Part shown: piece after piece, positions 10,091-18,889 of the stretch | Numbering within the stretch: position 1 is the first letter of the stretch | Layout of the letters: every line of letters begins with the position of its first letter | Assembly (NCBI RefSeq): GCF_023169545.1 | Contig: NZ_AP019769.1 | Location: 420,001-452,000, forward strand | Source: Nanobdella aerobiophila | Lineage (GTDB): Archaea > Nanobdellota > Nanobdellia > Nanobdellales > Nanobdellaceae | Length of the DNA: 32,000 nt | Direction of reading: 5' to 3' | Notes under the pieces: model-generated | Told to the model about the DNA's origin: nothing | The model's database searches: none | Seen by the model: the letters and a program-made list of their open reading frames with translations, nothing else | Program-made: the position numbers and the translations under genes

Positions 10091-10708
10091 ATGATATTGA
10101 CTCCTTTATTAAATCTAATAAGTTCATATAATTATCTTAAGGTATCCATAGTATTTATTTCTATAGTTGTAATTGGTTATTTTATAGGAAAATTAGTATC
10201 ATTTATATTAAAAATTATATTAAATAAGATACTGGGATTTGATAGCTGGTTGCATTCCAGAGGGATAGCTCAGGAATACTCCATTACGAATATAATACTA
10301 AGTATAATAAGATTTTTTATATATTTTTATTTTATAGGTTATGCTTTCAAGATATTACCATATAATATATCAATAATAGGTATTTTATTACTTTCTGTAC
10401 TAAATTATCTATTAATTATTATACTATCTATGATCATTGCCTTTATAATGCTTGAAATGATAATAAAAACATCCATAGAACCAATATTAAATAATATAAA
10501 ATATAAATCAGAAATGATGACTCTACTAAGATTTATAACAATGTTCTTTGTTCTAGTATTATTATTAAGTTATCTAAATTTATTGTCTCCGATATTATTA
10601 TATCTATTTATTATATTATTTTCAGGAATGATAATTCCTATATCTATAGCATTAGGGATTGCTTTAGGAGACTTGTTTAAAGAAAAAATAAAAGACCTAA
10701 AGAAATGA
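10091..10708 (+). CDS. Mechanosensitive-channel-like integral membrane protein
   Basis: Repeated TM segments; EYSITNIILSIIRFFIYFYFIGYAFKIL resembles conserved TM helices near MscS-family proteins. Confidence 0.5.
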   Translation: MILTPLLNLISSYNYLKVSIVFISIVVIGYFIGKLVSFILKIILNKILGFDSWLHSRGIAQEYSITNIILSIIRFFIYFYFIGYAFKILPYNISIIGILLLSVLNYLLIIILSMIIAFIMLEMIIKTSIEPILNNIKYKSEMMTLLRFITMFFVLVLLLSYLNLLSPILLYLFIILFSGMIIPISIALGIALGDLFKEKIKDLKK

Positions 10709-11877
10709 ATTATAAAGAAAGGATAATATTATTGTCTAATAACTTATTAAGTGGTATATTAAATAGTATATATTTTGTCTACCCATCCTTTTACCATTTT
10801 AATTCATCGATATACTTTTTTATAGTATTTATATCGTATTTTGGATCAATACTCTCTTCTATAATATTTGGAAATATAAAGGTAAATGGTAATAATTATA
10901 TAAAGTGGTCTCTAGTTGGTATAGCTGGACCATTATTATCCATATTATTCTTATTCTATCCAAACACATATTTATACATATTCTCATATCTATTATTTTC
11001 TTTTACATATTATTCTACATATTTTGTATTTTTATTGTATTATAAAGATGTTAAATTAAATTTCTATTTTAATATTTATTGGACAATTGGAGAAATTATA
11101 CCACAAATATCATTATTATTTGTATCAATAATGTTAAATTTATATATAATTAGTATATTGCTCTTATTATCGATATTAGTTGTTTTATCAAGAGAAATAT
11201 ACATGTTTCTATTTACAGAAGCTTATGAACTTAATTTATTAGTGAAAATTGATAAGATATTTTCTCAAATAGATCATGATATAAGTAATTTTGGAACGCT
11301 AGTTCCACTCTTTGAAGGCCTATTATATCCTATAAATATTAGAAAATTAAAATTTGGCTACATTGAATTATATAATTTTTTTGTATTAATCGGTTTTTCT
11401 CTTGTATGGTCATCTTTAGTATTTCTTGTTGATAAAATAAATTTAGGAAATATATATCCATTATTATTATTCATTAATGGACTATATACTTCGATATTTT
11501 ATAAGATATATAAGAGAACCATCAATAATAATAATGTAAATATAGGTATATTAAGCAGATTATCCATGGGCGTAATATTAATTATATTTTCTGTGATTTA
11601 TTCCGTATTAAGTATACCAATAAATGGAATAATAATGACTGTATTATTTATTTTAGCTGCTTACTCATGGACTATGTTTCAATTCTTTTTTGATAATTTT
11701 ATAATAATTAAATATCCAGAAAAATTTGGAAATGTATACTTTTTTAGGAATCTTGGCGGTATGTTTGGATCAATAATATTATTATTTATATCATTATTTA
11801 ATGGTCTAATATTATCTTTAGCTATTTTGGGTATATCTATATTCTTTTTTAGGTCATATTTTAAAAAAGTAATATAG
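10705..11877 (+). CDS. Multi-pass membrane transporter (MFS-like)
   Basis: 390 aa, roughly 10-12 hydrophobic helices; ATGA overlap with the upstream gene. Confidence 0.55.
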   Translation: MNYKERIILLSNNLLSGILNSIYFVYPSFYHFNSSIYFFIVFISYFGSILSSIIFGNIKVNGNNYIKWSLVGIAGPLLSILFLFYPNTYLYIFSYLLFSFTYYSTYFVFLLYYKDVKLNFYFNIYWTIGEIIPQISLLFVSIMLNLYIISILLLLSILVVLSREIYMFLFTEAYELNLLVKIDKIFSQIDHDISNFGTLVPLFEGLLYPINIRKLKFGYIELYNFFVLIGFSLVWSSLVFLVDKINLGNIYPLLLFINGLYTSIFYKIYKRTINNNNVNIGILSRLSMGVILIIFSVIYSVLSIPINGIIMTVLFILAAYSWTMFQFFFDNFIIIKYPEKFGNVYFFRNLGGMFGSIILLFISLFNGLILSLAILGISIFFFRSYFKKVI

Positions 11878-11889
11878 GAATAAATCTTT

Positions 11890-13317
11890 ATGGATTTGAA
11901 AATAAATAAAATTGACAATAATATATTTGAAATTAAGGAAGATAAGAATATGAATGTACCTGTTAGAATTTATGCTAATGAGAATCTAATAGAAAAGATG
12001 AAGAATGATAAAACCCTAATACAAGGAAAGAATGTGGCAAGCCTACCTGGAATTTATAAATATTCTATAGTTATGCCAGATGGCCATGAAGGATATGGAT
12101 TTCCGGTAGGTGGTGTAGCGGCTTTTGATATAAACGAAGGAATAATCTCTCCAGGTGGAATAGGATATGATATAAATTGCGGAGTTAGATTAATAAAAAC
12201 GAATTTAACTTATAATGAAATAAAGGCAAAATTAAAAGAACTAGTAGAGGAAATTTTTAAGAATGTACCAGCAGGTGTTGGGGAAACAGGGAAAATAATA
12301 CTATCCACAGGTCAATTTAAGGATTCTATCGAGGAAGGATTAGACTGGAGCTATAGAGAAGGATACGCATGGAAAGAAGATCTAGATTATATAGAATCTA
12401 ATGGAAAATTAAAAGAGGCATCAATAGATTATATATCTGATTTGGCTATAAGAAGAGGTTTAGATCAATTAGGAACTCTAGGATCTGGAAATCATTTTCT
12501 AGAAATACAAGTTATTGAAAAAATATTTAATCAAGAGATAGCGAAGATACTTGGTTTAGAAAATGATCAGGTTATGATAATGATCCATACAGGTTCCAGG
12601 GGTTTTGGCCATCAAATAGCTTCAGATTATATAGAATTGGGGTTAAATAAATATAAAGATACAATAGATAGATTACCAGATAGAGAACTAATCTATTTAC
12701 CATTTCAATCTGAGGAAGGGCAAAAATACTTAAAATCTATGAGTGCTGCAGCAAATTTTGCTTGGAATAATAGACAATTAATTACTTACCAAATTAGAAG
12801 ATCATTTGAAAAAGTATATAACCATTCTGCGGAAGATATAGGATTAAATATATTATATGACGTAGCGCATAATATAGCAAAAATAGAAAAATATGATAAT
12901 AAAAAATTAATAGTTCACAGAAAAGGTGCTACAAGAGCATTTCCAGCAGGTAGTGAAGAACTAGTTAGTAAATATAACAAGATAGGGCAACCAGTTTTAA
13001 TACCAGGTTCTATGGGAACCGGTTCATATATATTGGTCGCGAATCAAAACTCCGTAGATCTGTCTTTTGCTTCATCTGCTCATGGTGCTGGTAGAAATTT
13101 ATCAAGATCTTCAGCAAGAAAAAAATTTAGATATGATGATATAATAAATAATTTAAATAAAAAGGGAATAATTGTAAAATCTACAACTAAAGAAGGGATA
13201 ATTGAAGAAGTTCCGGAAGCTTATAAAGATATAGATGAAGTAGTAAAAGTTATAGATTCATTGAATATATCAAATATAGTAGCTAGACTTAGACCAATTG
13301 CAGTAATAAAAGGATAG
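11890..13317 (+). CDS. rtcB: RNA-splicing ligase RtcB
   Basis: MPDGHEGYGFPVGGVAAFD, GGIGYDINCGVRL, LGSGNHFLEIQ, YDVAHNIAKIE, GSMGTGSYIL, SSAHGAGR, C-terminal RLRPIAVIKG then TAG. No intein seen. Confidence 0.98.
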   Translation: MDLKINKIDNNIFEIKEDKNMNVPVRIYANENLIEKMKNDKTLIQGKNVASLPGIYKYSIVMPDGHEGYGFPVGGVAAFDINEGIISPGGIGYDINCGVRLIKTNLTYNEIKAKLKELVEEIFKNVPAGVGETGKIILSTGQFKDSIEEGLDWSYREGYAWKEDLDYIESNGKLKEASIDYISDLAIRRGLDQLGTLGSGNHFLEIQVIEKIFNQEIAKILGLENDQVMIMIHTGSRGFGHQIASDYIELGLNKYKDTIDRLPDRELIYLPFQSEEGQKYLKSMSAAANFAWNNRQLITYQIRRSFEKVYNHSAEDIGLNILYDVAHNIAKIEKYDNKKLIVHRKGATRAFPAGSEELVSKYNKIGQPVLIPGSMGTGSYILVANQNSVDLSFASSAHGAGRNLSRSSARKKFRYDDIINNLNKKGIIVKSTTKEGIIEEVPEAYKDIDEVVKVIDSLNISNIVARLRPIAVIKG

Positions 13318-13461
13318 ATATGAAATATATATTTTGTATCCTACAAATAATATTTTTTATAATAGCCGTCAATTAATAATGAAATCTTGATTTTTTATTC
13401 GATGATTATATTAGGTAAAATAACACATAAAATATATATCTTACTAAAATATATCTATATT

Positions 13462-14051
13462 ATGAGATCTATATCACCTATTATAGCTACTATATTATTT
13501 TTATGTAGGTAAATTTCCTTAAATATCTTCTACCTATGTAGAATATGATAATGGAGAATATATGATCTATTTTGGGAGGATCCATTACAGTTAACAAATG
13601 GATAAATATAACTGCTACTTCTAGCTCAATAGAATATACTGCTACTACCTTTTCATCCAATGTAATTTTAGACTTCTAAGGCTATATAGGTCAGCCAACT
13701 GGCTCAAACTATTGGAATCCAAATAGTTTCTTTCCAAATACTACTCAAACATCTACACCAGAAGGTCAGGTGATTATGTCTATGAATATGGTCCTTCAGG
13801 AGGGATATTTCCAACTACTCCGCTTCATCAATTCAAGTTACCGACTATGCAATATTTCCAACAGTATTAACTGGGAGTAATACATATTATTGCATAAACT
13901 ATACACAGATGCCAACATATTATGCGCAACAATCATCATCTCATTACATTTGGCTCTTCCTAGAAAGGAGAAAGCGACAGACCAACATTTATTTAATAGG
14001 CTAGAGCTCGTGAATAGCCTCCTAAACGTAGTTATACCTTCTATTTCTTAA
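13462..14051 (+). pseudogene. Decayed archaeal type IV pilin-like / surface protein gene
   Basis: ATG at 13462 gives MRSISPIIATILFLCR*, then coding-like segments in other frames: ISSTYVEYDNGEYMIYFG; GGSITVNKWINITATSSSIEYTATTFSSNVILDF*GYIGQPTGSNYWNPNSFFPNTTQTST; DYVYEYGPSGGIFPTTP; SSIQVTDYAIFPTVLTGSNTYYCINYTQMPTYYAQ; IISLHLALPRKEKATDQHLFNRLELVNSLLNVVIPSIS*. Confidence 0.75.
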
Positions 14052-14062
14052 AGATTAAAAAT

Positions 14063-14299
14063 CTATTCGGAAACAATTAATGTTATTGTTTTTTCAACAA
14101 AATCTAGAGATCTTATTTTATCTAATAAAAATCTCCTTATATCTTCTAAATTTTGAACTTCTATCTTTAATATTATATCATATTCTCCATATACAGTATG
14201 GTATTCTAATACATTTACTTCCTTCTCTTCTTTAACTCTATCTATAAGATTTTTCTCCTTCCCTGGCCTTAGATTAACTAATACATAAACAAGCGTCAT
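14063..14299 (-). CDS. Stand-alone Lrp/AsnC ligand-binding (RAM) domain protein
   Basis: MTLVYVLVNLRPGKEKNLIDRVKEEKEVNVLEYHTVYGEYDIILKIEVQNLEDIRRFLLDKIRSLDFVEKTITLIV; no DNA-binding HTH. Confidence 0.88.
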   Translation of the reverse strand: MTLVYVLVNLRPGKEKNLIDRVKEEKEVNVLEYHTVYGEYDIILKIEVQNLEDIRRFLLDKIRSLDFVEKTITLIVSE

Positions 14300-14550
14300 T
14301 TCTTTATCTCTTCTTTTAATTCTTTTATCTCTTTTCTCTGATATTCAATTACTATAGCAATAATAGACAACCATAGTACAGATAACCATGTAAATAATGC
14401 AGAAATTGTTGAAGAAGCTGTACTTTCTAATACCAATGGTAATTCTATGCTTTTAAATAATAATAAAAATCCCAATAGCATATTGATGAAAAAACCCACT
14501 AGTAAAATTATCTCTAATAAATCTGGTACTTTATAATCAAAATTCACCAT
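14296..14550 (-). CDS. Small membrane protein with C-terminal charged helix
   Basis: Two TM segments. The ORF track starts at 14604, which overlaps the divergent gene; the internal MVNFDYK start at 14550 is more economical. Confidence 0.55.
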   Translation of the reverse strand: MVNFDYKVPDLLEIILLVGFFINMLLGFLLLFKSIELPLVLESTASSTISALFTWLSVLWLSIIAIVIEYQRKEIKELKEEIKK

Positions 14551-14587
14551 ACTATTATTTTTTAAAAAAAATTTATATATATATTCT

Positions 14588-15049
14588 ATGAGAGCACTAG
14601 ACAATAAAACAAAAAAGGAACTATTTGATATTTTAATAAATAAATATAAAATAAAATGCGAAGAAACAAAAAATGAACAAATATTTATGGATGAAAATAA
14701 AATATATTATTATAAAGATACACCAATTGCATTTATAAAAAAAGACAAGGTATATCCTACACTATTATTAATAACAAAATATGACAATGACCTAAATTAT
14801 ATAATAGTTAATAATGGAGCAAAGGATAGTATATTAAATGGCGCTGATGTATTCAGACCTGGCATTGTAGAATTTTCAGAATTCAAAAAAGGAGATATAG
14901 TAATTATTGCATCAGAGGACCAAAAAATTTTAGCAATAGGTGAAGCATTATATGATTATAATGAGTTAAATGATATGAAAAAAGGAAAAGTAGCAGAAAA
15001 TATACACTATTACGGAGATAATATATTTAGATACATTAAAAGACTATAA
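14588..15049 (+). CDS. PUA-domain RNA-binding protein (MCT-1/pre-PUA type)
   Basis: GADVFRPGIVEFSEFKKGDIVIIASEDQKILAIGEALY is a PUA core, with about 75 aa of N-terminal pre-PUA-like region. Confidence 0.85.
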   Translation: MRALDNKTKKELFDILINKYKIKCEETKNEQIFMDENKIYYYKDTPIAFIKKDKVYPTLLLITKYDNDLNYIIVNNGAKDSILNGADVFRPGIVEFSEFKKGDIVIIASEDQKILAIGEALYDYNELNDMKKGKVAENIHYYGDNIFRYIKRL

Positions 15050-16192
15050 TTATTTTATAAAGTACAATAAATTTTGTTTTAGTATATTACTATACTTTTT
15101 AATTTTAAAATAAGATATATTATACTTTTTATTTAATCTATTATTTAAATATTCCACTAGATCATTATAGTTATCAAATTTCTCTATAATATTATTTAAC
15201 ATGTATTTTGTTCCTTCTCTAACGACCCAAACACCCAATGGAACACTATATTCTTTAGTAACAAATCTAAAAACTATTAAACTTCCTTTTAATCTATAAT
15301 TCTTCATAAACTCCGCAAAAGATAATCTTAAAGAAGAATAACCACCAGATTTATCATCCCTTCCTATGATAGAGTATTTACTATATAGATTATATATAGA
15401 ACCTGGTATTAAAACCTCTATCAGTTCTACATCCCCTTTACCTGGAATAAGAATTCCATAAAAATCATTACCATATAAAGAATAATAAAATAAATAATAT
15501 TTATCTATAACCTTTATATCCTCTAATTCTTTCCTTAATTTTTTTTCTAAAATGTTATGAACTGCAGTTATAGACCACCTACTTGGAACTAATTTTCTAT
15601 TTATTCTATAACCAAAAAAACCTATAGAAAATAATCTAGATATATAATAATCAGACATTCCTTCTTTATATAGATAGTATACAGATTCTTCGGATTTGAT
15701 ATCATTGATTCTATACACTTCTTTAGGTATCCTGGGATTTTCATTCAATATAATTTTATCAAATATTCCATTAAATCCATAAAAACCAACTATCTTAGAT
15801 ATATTATCATTCTCATATATTTTCTTCAGATATAATTCTATATTTATTGATTTTATAGACAGCATCGCATCTAATATATCATTATATAATCTTTCATCTT
15901 TTCTAGGTAAATTGGAATCCACAATTTTCTTTGCATTCACTAATCCAACTCTATTTTTTATTATTTCATCAACTGGTATATTATTTTTCGCCCAATATAT
16001 AGGATTATCATAATAATTTATATTATCATTTTGAGATGTCAATATACCTAATGATAATTTAGGATAATTTATAGAACTAATCAAATTTGATGGAGGAGTA
16101 AATCCATATATTTCCCTCTTCAGATATATAGATTTTCCATATAATTTTTTATATTTCTCTGCCAATCTTTTAGCAGAAATATTATCTATCAT
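15050..16192 (-). CDS. Nre-family (DUF650/DUF651) DNA repair protein
   Basis: SPP-like GFTPPSNLISSINYPKLSLGIL, VGLVNAKKI, RKLVPSRWSITAVHN, C-terminal SFAEFMKNYRLKGSLIVFRFVTKEYSVPLGVWVVREG. Confidence 0.85.
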   Translation of the reverse strand: MIDNISAKRLAEKYKKLYGKSIYLKREIYGFTPPSNLISSINYPKLSLGILTSQNDNINYYDNPIYWAKNNIPVDEIIKNRVGLVNAKKIVDSNLPRKDERLYNDILDAMLSIKSINIELYLKKIYENDNISKIVGFYGFNGIFDKIILNENPRIPKEVYRINDIKSEESVYYLYKEGMSDYYISRLFSIGFFGYRINRKLVPSRWSITAVHNILEKKLRKELEDIKVIDKYYLFYYSLYGNDFYGILIPGKGDVELIEVLIPGSIYNLYSKYSIIGRDDKSGGYSSLRLSFAEFMKNYRLKGSLIVFRFVTKEYSVPLGVWVVREGTKYMLNNIIEKFDNYNDLVEYLNNRLNKKYNISYFKIKKYSNILKQNLLYFIK

Positions 16193-16228
16193 TATCTTTT
16201 AAATTATTTGTATAAAGTTTAAATATCT

Positions 16229-16906
16229 ATGGATGTGATAAATATTCCTACAAAATTTAAATTGAAAGAAATAAAAAATCTAGAAGAATTAAAGAAACAT
16301 TTACCAAAAAAATTTATACTAGTATCAATAACCCAGTATAATGACTATGCAAAGTATATATATAATAATTTAAAGAATGATTATAATATAGTAATTAAAC
16401 CAGAACTATATGAAATAAATGTATTAGGATGTTATTCTGAACCTGCAAATTTAGAAGGAATAGATACTGTATTATTAATAGGAAATGGAAAATTTCATGC
16501 AGAGAATATTATAAGAAATCTTGTAAAAAGAACAATAGTATATGATCCTATATATGGAGAAATAAATATATATGAACCAGATTATAATTACAAAAAGTCT
16601 ATAGACTACCTTCTCGTAAAATTAAAAAACTCAAATAATATAGGCATAATATTATCTATTAAACCAGGACAATATTATTATCTTGAAACATTAAAAGTAA
16701 AGGAAAAATTAGAAAAAGATGGAAAAAATGTATACTTATTTATAGGAGATACAATAGATATATTACAATTATTGAACTTTCCATATATAGACTTCTGGAT
16801 ATTTTCAGCCTGTCCTAGGATAATAGATGATATAATAAGAAACAATTTGAATGGATTAACAATAGATATAGTTATGAAAAATTTAGAAAAGAGTACTAAC
16901 ATTTAA
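16229..16906 (+). CDS. dph2: Diphthamide biosynthesis protein Dph2, domains 2-3 only
   Basis: VLGCYSEPANLEGIDTVLLIGNGKFHA, IGIILSIKPGQ, WIFSACPRI match the second and third domains; 225 aa against about 340 aa for typical archaeal Dph2; in-frame stop just upstream of the ATG. Confidence 0.85.
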   Translation: MDVINIPTKFKLKEIKNLEELKKHLPKKFILVSITQYNDYAKYIYNNLKNDYNIVIKPELYEINVLGCYSEPANLEGIDTVLLIGNGKFHAENIIRNLVKRTIVYDPIYGEINIYEPDYNYKKSIDYLLVKLKNSNNIGIILSIKPGQYYYLETLKVKEKLEKDGKNVYLFIGDTIDILQLLNFPYIDFWIFSACPRIIDDIIRNNLNGLTIDIVMKNLEKSTNI

Positions 16907-18889
16907 TATAGATGATATAAATAGATACATAAATACTGTAGATAATGTAGAAAATATGAAAAACAGTAAGTTACTTACTAAAGAATACCTATATAAATTA
17001 TAATATAAAGATAACTTGTCTCCACTTTCCTCTATAGAGTTTATAGCATATATAATTACTAGAGATATTAAGGTATTAAATAATCCTACTATTATTATAA
17101 TGATTGGTGGGGTTATAAGACCATTTAAATTGAATAAATTTAATACTAGCGATGGTAAAGAATTTATATAAGAGGAGTACTGGGATGTTCCACCAGATAA
17201 TTTTGCTATTTGTTGCAATTGGAAAGATAATCTATATAAAATCTCTATAGTCAGTATAGTAACTGCACTAACAATTCCTAAGATTGCGGGAGCTATAAAC
17301 CTTAATAATGATTTTAATTGAGATAAATCCTCTGCTACAAGATCTTTTATCCTCTCTCTGACTTTATCTAATAATAAAAAATATTTAGATATAATAGCTG
17401 TAACTGCTGCCGCCTCCTCTGGAGAAACACTACTAGACTCGAATATAATCTCTATAGAGGCTTTTAAATTTTGGGATGGAAAGTCTTTTAGTACGCCTTT
17501 TTTTGGATCAAATATAGAATCTTTTAATGGCATTCCAGATCTTAGATTTTGATATAGCTTAGATAAAAAAGTTCCAAGAGGACTTTTATTAAATCTTGGA
17601 TATATATATAATAAAGATTTTTCTATTGGATATCCTTGATTTAATGAATTGCTTAAAGATAATAAGAAAGCTGGGAGGTCAGAATCGATCTTCTTTAAAT
17701 TAAAATATAGATCCCTAAAGTTATTAAAGAATACATAAGAACCGAAGGATATTGATATCCCGAGTAATAGTACGAATAGCTCTGAAAATACAATTCCAGA
17801 AATATCGAAATTACCCAGATATCTGAATGCTACCAAAACAATAATAAAAAACAAAAATATAAATAATGCTGCACCAAGTCCAAAAGATATTAATTTATTT
17901 TTTATATCTCTCTCATTTATATATTGGCTATATAGATTTTCGTTGTTAAATATGGTCACTAATCTAGAGGATACAGAATAATTTAATACATAAAATGCTA
18001 AAAATGGTACTAATATATCAAATAATATAAATAGATCTAGTGGGGATATTAAATTACTTAGAAATATCGAAGCCAGAGGAAATATTGTAAGTAACATGAC
18101 TGGTAATGTAATCCCTAGCATACTTACTAAATTTATTGATGATCTAATATCCCTAGCAAAGAAATTTAACTCACTTAATAATTCTTCTAATGCTTCTTCC
18201 ATAGCTCTATCAATCTGAAATGCCCTATGTTCTTTATCAGGATCATAAAGTGCACTTTCTAATAACATTATTCCTAAATAAAAAAATTTAGCATCTTTCT
18301 CCCACATTCTAGAATAATCTAATATACCTTCAGAAGCAGAGATATATTTTCTGTTATATATATCTCTTAACAATCTTAATAAATCTATTTTTAATGGTAA
18401 ATTTATATTTCTAATAGAGAATACCAAAGCTTGTTCTAGATTTGGATTTTGTCTTAATTTTACAGATATTAATAGTAATAAACTTACTAATTGCCCTTTT
18501 TTTCTAGCCTTTAAACCATTATATAATATTATATAATAATAGTCTAATAATACATAAAATAATATTCCTAGAATAAAAAATATAAGAAAATATAGTGGAT
18601 TAATTAGTAAACCTGAAAATATACCCACGATGATAAATATTATTAAAAAAAATATTGAAGTTGAATCTATTTGATTTATATTAACATCTAATAATAATTC
18701 TGAATTTATTCTTTGAAATTCTTTTTCTTTATTTTTTCCAGGCTTTACCTTTATAATACTACCGAAATATTTTACAATACTTTCATAATATTTTATAATA
18801 CTACCGAAATAAGTATATTTATATGTTTTTATCAAATATTCCAAATTATTATTATTTATCTCTTTTATTTCAGTTTCTGATATGTCCAT
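16883..18889 (-). CDS. Archaeal type IV pilus / type II secretion membrane platform protein (TadC/GspF/PilC-like)
   Basis: 668 aa with two copies of the cytoplasmic four-helix plus TM arrangement (LRDIYNRKYISASEGILDYSRMW...; SLSNSLNQGYPIEKSLLYIYPRFNKSPLGTFLSKLYQNLRSGMPLKDSIF), directly downstream of the secretion ATPase. Confidence 0.82.
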   Translation of the reverse strand: MDISETEIKEINNNNLEYLIKTYKYTYFGSIIKYYESIVKYFGSIIKVKPGKNKEKEFQRINSELLLDVNINQIDSTSIFFLIIFIIVGIFSGLLINPLYFLIFFILGILFYVLLDYYYIILYNGLKARKKGQLVSLLLLISVKLRQNPNLEQALVFSIRNINLPLKIDLLRLLRDIYNRKYISASEGILDYSRMWEKDAKFFYLGIMLLESALYDPDKEHRAFQIDRAMEEALEELLSELNFFARDIRSSINLVSMLGITLPVMLLTIFPLASIFLSNLISPLDLFILFDILVPFLAFYVLNYSVSSRLVTIFNNENLYSQYINERDIKNKLISFGLGAALFIFLFFIIVLVAFRYLGNFDISGIVFSELFVLLLGISISFGSYVFFNNFRDLYFNLKKIDSDLPAFLLSLSNSLNQGYPIEKSLLYIYPRFNKSPLGTFLSKLYQNLRSGMPLKDSIFDPKKGVLKDFPSQNLKASIEIIFESSSVSPEEAAAVTAIISKYFLLLDKVRERIKDLVAEDLSQLKSLLRFIAPAILGIVSAVTILTIEILYRLSFQLQQIAKLSGGTSQYSSYINSLPSLVLNLFNLNGLITPPIIIIIVGLFNTLISLVIIYAINSIEESGDKLSLYYNLYRYSLVSNLLFFIFSTLSTVFMYLFISSILNVSTLF

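Noticed and set aside
11679-11918. Minus-strand 79-aa ORF
   Set aside because: Antisense to the 3' end of the transporter and the start of rtcB.
16678-16902. Minus-strand 74-aa ORF
   Set aside because: Antisense to the dph2 C-terminal coding region containing SACPRI.
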